Assembly: GCA_034665465.1 (NCBI GenBank)
Contig: JAXDFS010000040.1
Span: 1-30,837, forward strand
DNA from: Solirubrobacteraceae bacterium
GTDB lineage: Bacteria; Actinomycetota; Thermoleophilia; Solirubrobacterales; Solirubrobacteraceae
Reading direction: 5' to 3'
DNA length: 30,837 nt
In this document: one piece after another, positions 25,671-30,837 of the stretch
Position numbering within the stretch: position 1 is the stretch's first letter
How the letters are laid out: each line of letters begins with the position of its first letter
Program-made: the position numbers and the translations under genes
Notes under the pieces: model-generated
Database searches by the model: none
Seen by the model: only the letters and a program-made list of their open reading frames with translations
What the model was told of the DNA's origin: nothing

Positions 25671-27743
25671 TCACGCCGCCAGGCGGGTCGCCGTCCAGCG
25701 CCCGACGAGCTGCGCGAGCTCCTCGACGCCGTCCTCCGCGAACCGCGGCAGGTCGGCGAACGCGGCCCGCTCGCCGTGCACCGCGCTGAGCAGCCCGACC
25801 ATCCCCGACGCGACCGCCGCGTCGGCGCCGTCGACCGGCGCCTCGGGCGCGACCAGCAGCAGATCGGGGCCGCCCTCGTCGAGGCCCGCGGCCAGCAGCG
25901 CCTGTTCGAGGCGCTCGGCGACGTCGGGAGAGCCCGGCGCCGGCTCGTAGAGCACGAGCGTGACCGGGTCCTCGGCGCCGAAGCGCTGCCCATACGCGGC
26001 GAGCAGCGCGGGGTGGGCGATCGCCTCCTCGGCGAGCGCGAGCACGTGCGCGCGCTCGACGTGCAGGCGGTCGATCGCATGCGGGCCCATCGCCAGCTGC
26101 AGCTCGCCCTCCAGCGCCTCGAGCAGCTCGCGGCGCTGGTCGTCGAGCGGCATGCCGGCCAGCGCGAGCACATGGGCCGCGAAGTGCGACCCCGGCAGAT
26201 CGACCCAGGGGTCGGGCAGCTGCAGGCGGTTGTTGTCGGCGAAGTGCTGCAGCGTGCGGCGCAGCACGGCGTCCAGCGGCAGCGCGCCGCCGAGGTCCCA
26301 CTCCTCGTCGATGACCTGCCACTCGCCCGACTGCGGGGCGACGACGATGTTCCACCAGGTCGCGTCGAAGGCGGTGCCGCGCAGCAGCGCCACGCCGTCG
26401 TCGTCGGTCGTGCCGATGCCGTAGCGCTCGACCAGCCAGCGCGCATGCTCGGCGACGAGCAGAGCCAGGCGCGCCCCGACTCCCTGCGCCGTGAGCGCCT
26501 CGTGGGCGCGCAGCGCGAGCAGGTCGCCGCGGCGGAAGGGCTCGGTGCCCAGGCGCTGGCGCACCCCGCAGGCGGCCGCGACGCGGCGGCGCTCCTCGGA
26601 GGCCTCGCCGCCCTCGGCCAGCCACGCGGGCTCGTGCTCGACGACCGCCTCGCCGCTGCCCGTGCGACGCAGCGTGGCGCGCTTGGTGAACGCCGGGCGG
26701 CGCTCCAGCGACCAGTGCCGCGCGACCCAGTCCAGGTCGAGCCCGTGGCGCGCCGCCGACGCCTGCGCGTCGCCCGCGAAGGCGACGATGAGAAAGGAGT
26801 TGGCGACGTCGGCGAGCAGCCCCGCCTCGGCGAACTCGCGCGTGGCGAGCGTCTCGTTGAACGGCAGCCGGTTGCGCACGGCGCCGCGGTCGGGCGCGGG
26901 CGTGTCGACCCAGTTGTGGATGCGGTCGGACGGGAGCATCGCGTCGGCGTTGACGATCGTCTTGGCGAGCTTGTAGTCCGGGAACGGGAGCAGCAGCGCC
27001 TGCTCGGCGAAGCCGGCCTCGGCGACGAGCTCGCGCAGCTCGCGCGCGTTGAACGTCTGCGCCTGGCCGCCGCCGGCATAGCCGGTGATCGAGTCGTAGG
27101 GCCGCCCCGAGTGGTCCTCGCGGGCGCCGGCGATGTACTTCAGGCCGAGCCGGTTCTCGATCGCCAGCACGAGCATGCCGTCGTCGTGCAGCGCGCGCCG
27201 CGCGAGCGTGAGGTTGGCGAGCGCAGCGAGCCGCGGGTCGCTCGTGTCGGGGTGGTACTCGTGGCCGTACTCGAGCACCCCGATCAGGGTCACGAGGTCG
27301 AAGGCGTCGCGCTCGTCGAGCTGTGAGTAGTTGCCGACGTAGACCTCGACGTGCTCCTGGTCGCGGCAGCGCAGCCGGGTGACCCGCGCGCGCGCAGCGC
27401 TGCCCTCGATCGCGTGCACCTCGCCGCAGTGGTCGCCGAGCCAGCGCGTGATCGCGCCGCAGCCGGCGCCGAGCTCGAGCACCCGCGCGTCGCCGGCGTG
27501 CAGGCCCAGCGCGTCGAAGAGCGTCACCCGCAGCGGCGAGAGGTGGTAGGTCGTCACCCAGTCGCGGATGTGTCCCCGCATCTCGGCCGAGCCGATGGCG
27601 AGGTCGCGAGCGGAGGTGAAGATGCTCGCGAGATGCGCCTCGCCGCCGTCGAGGTAGCGAGACGGCTTGGCCTCGTGGGGCGCGAGCCGCAGCCCGGTGT
27701 GGCGATCGCGGCGAAACGCGTCGAGCGGGAAGGAATCGGACAT
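25671..27743 (-). CDS. Class I SAM methyltransferase fused to a kinase-like domain and an unknown C-terminal domain
   Basis: VLELGAGCGAITRWLG, AIEGS, FDLVTLIGVLEY, IENRLGLKY.AG..EDH, FPDYKL. Later EPFRRGDLL...DATWWNI...VIDEEW. Confidence 0.85.
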   Translation of the reverse strand: MSDSFPLDAFRRDRHTGLRLAPHEAKPSRYLDGGEAHLASIFTSARDLAIGSAEMRGHIRDWVTTYHLSPLRVTLFDALGLHAGDARVLELGAGCGAITRWLGDHCGEVHAIEGSAARARVTRLRCRDQEHVEVYVGNYSQLDERDAFDLVTLIGVLEYGHEYHPDTSDPRLAALANLTLARRALHDDGMLVLAIENRLGLKYIAGAREDHSGRPYDSITGYAGGGQAQTFNARELRELVAEAGFAEQALLLPFPDYKLAKTIVNADAMLPSDRIHNWVDTPAPDRGAVRNRLPFNETLATREFAEAGLLADVANSFLIVAFAGDAQASAARHGLDLDWVARHWSLERRPAFTKRATLRRTGSGEAVVEHEPAWLAEGGEASEERRRVAAACGVRQRLGTEPFRRGDLLALRAHEALTAQGVGARLALLVAEHARWLVERYGIGTTDDDGVALLRGTAFDATWWNIVVAPQSGEWQVIDEEWDLGGALPLDAVLRRTLQHFADNNRLQLPDPWVDLPGSHFAAHVLALAGMPLDDQRRELLEALEGELQLAMGPHAIDRLHVERAHVLALAEEAIAHPALLAAYGQRFGAEDPVTLVLYEPAPGSPDVAERLEQALLAAGLDEGGPDLLLVAPEAPVDGADAAVASGMVGLLSAVHGERAAFADLPRFAEDGVEELAQLVGRWTATRLAA

Positions 27744-27750
27744 GGGCTGG

Positions 27751-27777
27751 TGTTCGGCAGCAGCCGCGCGTCCTTGA
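27751..27777 (-). promoter_or_regulatory. sigma28-type promoter for the methyltransferase-GT92 operon
   Basis: Minus strand TTCAAG: TCAA-N15-GCCGAACA. ATG 27743 lies 7 nt downstream. Confidence 0.78.
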
Positions 27778-27800
27778 ACGAACGACGCAACGAGCGAGCG

Positions 27801-27834
27801 AACGCGAAACGGGCGGCCCCTGCGGGCCGCCCGT
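27801..27834 (-). terminator. Intrinsic terminator after fliC
   Basis: Minus strand CGGGCGGCCC-GCAG-GGGCCGCCCG followed by TTTCGCGTT, about 40 nt after the fliC stop. Confidence 0.75.
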
Positions 27835-27872
27835 CGCGTCGTGTCGGTCTGTGCGGACCGTTTTCGCTGTCG

Positions 27873-28778
27873 CTAGCGCAGCAGCGACAGGACCGACTGC
27901 GGAGCCTGGTTGGCCTGCGAGAGCATGCTCGTGCCGGCCTGCTGCAGGATCTGCGACTTCGTGAACTGGACCATCTCGTCCGCCATGTCGACGTCCCTGA
28001 TCCGGCTCTCCGCCGACACCAGGTTCTCCTGGTAGCTGGCGAGGTTGGCGATGCGGTGCTCGAGGCGGTTCTGGACGGAGCCGAACGTGGCCCGCGTGTC
28101 GGAGACCTCGGCGATCGCCTTGTCGATGTCGTCGAGCTTGACGGCCGCGAAATCGGCCACCGCGGCGCTCGAGCTGGCGTCGATGCTGGTGATCTTGCTC
28201 AGGCTGGTCGCCGACGCCGTCAGATCCGACGTCGAGATGGTGATGGTCTCACCGTCGTTGGCGCCGACCTGCAGGTTGATGGTGGAGGCGCTGCCGCCCC
28301 CGCCCACGACCGCGGATGCGCTGCCGGTGCCCGTAACGACCGGGGCACCGTCGATGTCGCCCTGGAAGAGCGCGATCCCGTTGAACTTGGTGTTCGTCCG
28401 GATGTCGCTGATCTCCTTGCCGAGCTGGCCGACCTCGGAGACGATCGCCTTCTTGTCGGTGTCGCTGAGCGTGTCGTTGCCGAACTGCGTGCGCAGCTCG
28501 CGGACGCGCTGCAGCATCGAGTGGACCTCGTTGAGCGCGCCCTCTCCCGTCTGCACGAGCGAGACGCCGTCCTGCGCGTTGCGCTGAGCCTGGCTGAGGC
28601 CGGTGATCTGGCCGCGCATCTTCTCGCTGATCGCGAGGCCGGCCGCGTCGTCGGCGGCGCGGTTGATGCGGTAGCCGGAGCTCAGGCGCTCCATCGACTT
28701 CGCCATCTTCTCGGAGTTGGCGACGAGCTGACGGTGGGTGTTGAAGGCTTCGACGTTGTTGTTGATACGAAGGGACAT
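27873..28778 (-). CDS. fliC: Flagellin, 301 aa
   Basis: MSLRINNNVEA, ERLSSGYRINRAADDAAGLAISEKMR, LQVGANDG, RATFGSVQNRLEH, ESRIRDVDMA, QANQAPQSVLSLLR. Confidence 0.98.
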   Translation of the reverse strand: MSLRINNNVEAFNTHRQLVANSEKMAKSMERLSSGYRINRAADDAAGLAISEKMRGQITGLSQAQRNAQDGVSLVQTGEGALNEVHSMLQRVRELRTQFGNDTLSDTDKKAIVSEVGQLGKEISDIRTNTKFNGIALFQGDIDGAPVVTGTGSASAVVGGGGSASTINLQVGANDGETITISTSDLTASATSLSKITSIDASSSAAVADFAAVKLDDIDKAIAEVSDTRATFGSVQNRLEHRIANLASYQENLVSAESRIRDVDMADEMVQFTKSQILQQAGTSMLSQANQAPQSVLSLLR

Positions 28779-28782
28779 GCGT

Positions 28783-28837
28783 TCATCTCCTTGATGACGT
28801 GTGGTGGATGTTGTCCCGAGGCGACTCCTTGTCGCCT
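28783..28837 (-). promoter_or_regulatory. Two AAGGA-loop hairpins in the fliC 5' UTR (candidate CsrA sites)
   Basis: AGGCGAC-AAGGA-GTCGCCT (28819-28837) and TCATC-AAGGA-GATGA (28783-28797). The second overlaps the SD. Confidence 0.72.
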
Positions 28838-28847
28838 GCGACCAAGG

Positions 28848-28874
28848 TCATCGGCCGCCCTGTCGGCAACTTGA
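28848..28874 (-). promoter_or_regulatory. sigma28 promoter of fliC
   Basis: Minus strand CTCAAG: TCAA-N15-GCCGATGA, 69 nt upstream of the fliC ATG. Confidence 0.88.
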
Positions 28875-28885
28875 GCGAAAATTCC

Positions 28886-29266
28886 TCAGCCGTCGGAGAC
28901 GGTCGCGGCGGCTGTCTGCTCGAGCTCCGCGAAGCGCGCGCGGACCTCGGCGATGACGAGCTGGCGGGCGACGGCGAGGGCGAGCGCCCAGACCGCGAGG
29001 TAGCCGGCGATGCCGCCGGCCAGGCCGCGCAGCATCCAGTCGAAGGCCGGGAGGTTCGCGCGCGACGCCAGCAGCGAGCACAGCACGGCGCCGGCGACGC
29101 CGCCCCAGCCCTTGGCCCGCCGCACCGCGCCGGCGTGGCGGGGATGTCGCGCGACGCAGACGCCCGCAACGACGGTCACCGCGGCCTCGTCCTTGCCCTT
29201 GCCCTTCTTCTCCTTCTTCTCCATCGGCGCCTTGGGCTCCTTGGGCTCCTTGGGCTCCTTGGCCAT
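28886..29266 (-). CDS. Hypothetical small membrane protein with a Lys-rich N-terminus
   Basis: ATG 29266, with a GGGAGG RBS and a TGATG overlap with the PilZ gene. KEPKEPKEPK..EKKEKKGKGK, then two hydrophobic segments. Confidence 0.7.
   Translation of the reverse strand: MAKEPKEPKEPKAPMEKKEKKGKGKDEAAVTVVAGVCVARHPRHAGAVRRAKGWGGVAGAVLCSLLASRANLPAFDWMLRGLAGGIAGYLAVWALALAVARQLVIAEVRARFAELEQTAAATVSDG
29230..29262. repeat. 9-bp tandem repeat (CCTTGGGCT)x3 plus a partial unit, encoding KEP repeats
   Basis: Read directly from the sequence. Confidence 0.85.
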
Positions 29267-29859
29267 CACAGCCTCCCGTGACGGCGGTCGAGGCGCTGTC
29301 GGTCGAAGACGAAGCGCACGATCCGCTCGCGGTCGGACTCGTTGATCTGCTCGAAGGTCACGGCCCGAAACTGCTCGTCGAACTCGCGCACGACGCGGCC
29401 GGTGATCTGCAGCGGCGGGTCGTAGGGCGCGAGCTGCAGCGAGAGCTGCACCTCGTCGCCGGCGCTCATGCCCGCCAGCCGCGAGATGACCGCGCCCGAG
29501 GCGCTGACGTTCACGACGGCGGCGGGAATCGGCTCACCGGTGCCCGCGGGTGTGACGACGACCTCCAGGAAGGCGTCCACGCGCGCGAACTGCCGGCGCT
29601 GGACGAGCTCGCTGCGGCCGGTCAGGCCGAGCTCGAGCACCTCGCCGCCGGGGGCGCTGACGACCTGCGCGTCGACGTGCAGCAGGCCGCGCTTGGTCGC
29701 GATGTCGATGCAGACCTCGCTGCCGACGGTGTCGGCGAGCGGCCGCAGGGGCCGGACGAGCAGATTCGCCGTCGCGTGCTCGTCGTCCATGTCGACGACG
29801 GCCGGGAAGCTCCCTACCTCCGGAACGATGACCGTCGCGTGTCGGCGCGCGCCGGTCAT
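29266..29859 (-). CDS. PilZ-domain c-di-GMP effector (YcgR/MotI-like flagellar brake candidate), 197 aa
   Basis: ATG 29859 (ATGA overlap). QRRQFARV (RxxxR) and VNVSASGA ([D/N]xSxxG), preceded by an N-terminal beta domain. Confidence 0.85.
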   Translation of the reverse strand: MTGARRHATVIVPEVGSFPAVVDMDDEHATANLLVRPLRPLADTVGSEVCIDIATKRGLLHVDAQVVSAPGGEVLELGLTGRSELVQRRQFARVDAFLEVVVTPAGTGEPIPAAVVNVSASGAVISRLAGMSAGDEVQLSLQLAPYDPPLQITGRVVREFDEQFRAVTFEQINESDRERIVRFVFDRQRLDRRHGRL

Positions 29860-30837
29860 GGCAGGAGGTGCGCGCAGAGCGCGGCGCGGTCGACGGGCGC
29901 GAGGCCGTCGGCGTCGCTGCAATAGGAGATGGCCAGGCCGCGCGCGATCGCGGCGTCGATGACCGGGCCGGCATGGTCGACCTCGTCGAGGTGCGTGAGC
30001 ACGATCGCCGCCGGCTTGACGGCGGCGAGGCCGTCGAGCAGGCGCCGGGCCGCGCCGGCACTGAGCGTCGCCGGAACCGCGACGTGGACCTCGCACGGCC
30101 CGGCGCGCCGAAGCCTGCGGGCGAGCGCCCGCGCGTCGGCGCCGGACGCCGGCGAGATCGCGGCCGTGTCGATCACCGTCAGGATCTGGTCGCCGGCGGC
30201 GGGCTCCGGGACCTGTTCCGCAGCGAGGTCGATCAGGCGCACGCCGAGGTCGCTCGCCGCGGCGTAGGCGGCGGCCAGTCGCGTCGCGCAGAGCGTCTTG
30301 CCGGCGCCGCCGGCGCCGACGAACGCGACCGCGCGGGGGCCCGCTGGGACCGGGGCGGCGACCGGGATGCGCGCGGCGAGCGCGTCGCGGACGAGGTGCT
30401 TGAGCGCGCGGCCGGGCGCGAACGGCACCGCGTGGGAGACCGTGGCGGCGATGATGTCGGCGGCCAGCGCCGGTGCGATCCCGGCCGCGACGAGCGTGCG
30501 CTCGTGGGCGGCGGCGGCGCCGGTGCGTGAGGCGGGCTCGGGCTCGGGCTCGGGCTCGGGCGTCGCGGCGGGCGCGACGGGCGCGACGCGCTCGATCTCC
30601 CGCCCGGCGGGCTCGACCGGCTCCGGCACCGCGGCGACCGGCTCGTCCGCCGGCTCCCAGCGCGGCGGCGGCTCGGGCTCGAGCTCCTGCTCGGCGCTCG
30701 CGCGTCCCTGCGCCTCGGCCTGCGCGGCCTGCAGCTGCTCGACGAACGGCGAGGCGACGCGCATGATCTCGCGGATGGCGGGCGGCTGCGGCTCGGGCTC
30801 GGGCGGCTCGGAGAAGGACTGCGCGGGAGGGCCGTCG
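29856..30837 (-). CDS. flhF: FlhF-like SRP-family GTPase with degenerate G motifs; 5' end lies beyond the window
   Basis: The frame is open to the right edge. Pro/Glu-rich linker, then VAFVGAGGAGKT.CATRLAAAY, VIDTAA, VHVAVPAT, IVLTHLDE, ISYC. Confidence 0.7.
   Translation of the reverse strand, partial: DGPPAQSFSEPPEPEPQPPAIREIMRVASPFVEQLQAAQAEAQGRASAEQELEPEPPPRWEPADEPVAAVPEPVEPAGREIERVAPVAPAATPEPEPEPEPASRTGAAAAHERTLVAAGIAPALAADIIAATVSHAVPFAPGRALKHLVRDALAARIPVAAPVPAGPRAVAFVGAGGAGKTLCATRLAAAYAAASDLGVRLIDLAAEQVPEPAAGDQILTVIDTAAISPASGADARALARRLRRAGPCEVHVAVPATLSAGAARRLLDGLAAVKPAAIVLTHLDEVDHAGPVIDAAIARGLAISYCSDADGLAPVDRAALCAHLLP
30534..30561. repeat. 6-bp tandem repeat (GGGCTC)x4 plus a partial unit, encoding an EP linker in FlhF
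   Basis: Read directly from the sequence. Confidence 0.8.

Noticed and set aside
24824-27079. 751-aa ORF suggesting a long GT92 fusion
   Set aside because: Only the part from 25660 down is protein-like. The upstream part is an off-frame shadow of the methyltransferase, which has its own stop at 25671.
507-30096. Longest-ORF starts given by the track (507, 988, 9269, 11152, 11435, 12199, 14168, 18105, 18437, 22914, 22924, 30096)
   Set aside because: Replaced with downstream starts supported by promoter spacing, stop/start overlaps or domain boundaries.
1-30837. CRISPR arrays, IS/transposases, integrases, rRNA/tRNA, toxin-antitoxin or defence genes
   Set aside because: No spaced direct-repeat arrays, terminal inverted repeats with a transposase, or relevant protein motifs were seen. 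HrpA is the common housekeeping helicase, not a defence helicase.

Overview
Very GC-rich bacterial window, most likely a motile actinobacterium such as Thermoleophilia/Solirubrobacterales. That placement is inferred from composition and gene content only. The window covers part of a flagellar locus. Left end: a fliK-like gene divergent from flgF-flgG-flgJ(rod-binding domain only)-flgN-flgK-flgL-fliW-csrA. Right end: a degenerate flhF-like gene, a PilZ gene, a small membrane protein and fliC. Between them are (i) a 4xPAS-GGDEF-EAL protein whose N-terminal membrane domain matches the ethylene-receptor (ETR1) Cys/His sensor spacing, (ii) three dispersed, paralogous GT2+GT4-like glycosyltransferase pairs, a GT92-like enzyme, a methyltransferase with a kinase-like second domain, and a formyltransferase coupled to a CHAP hydrolase, and (iii) interspersed housekeeping genes (hrpA, hslR, quinone reductase, plsC-like, hydrolase, VOC). 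A sigma28-type promoter, TCAA-N15-G(C/A)CGAnnA, can be read directly in front of seven transcription units. Five of these appear leaderless and one has a very short leader. Only fliC has a long leader, and it carries two AAGGA-loop hairpins (candidate CsrA sites). No rRNA, tRNA, CRISPR array or IS element was seen. Family assignments come from motifs recognised by eye; no searches were run.
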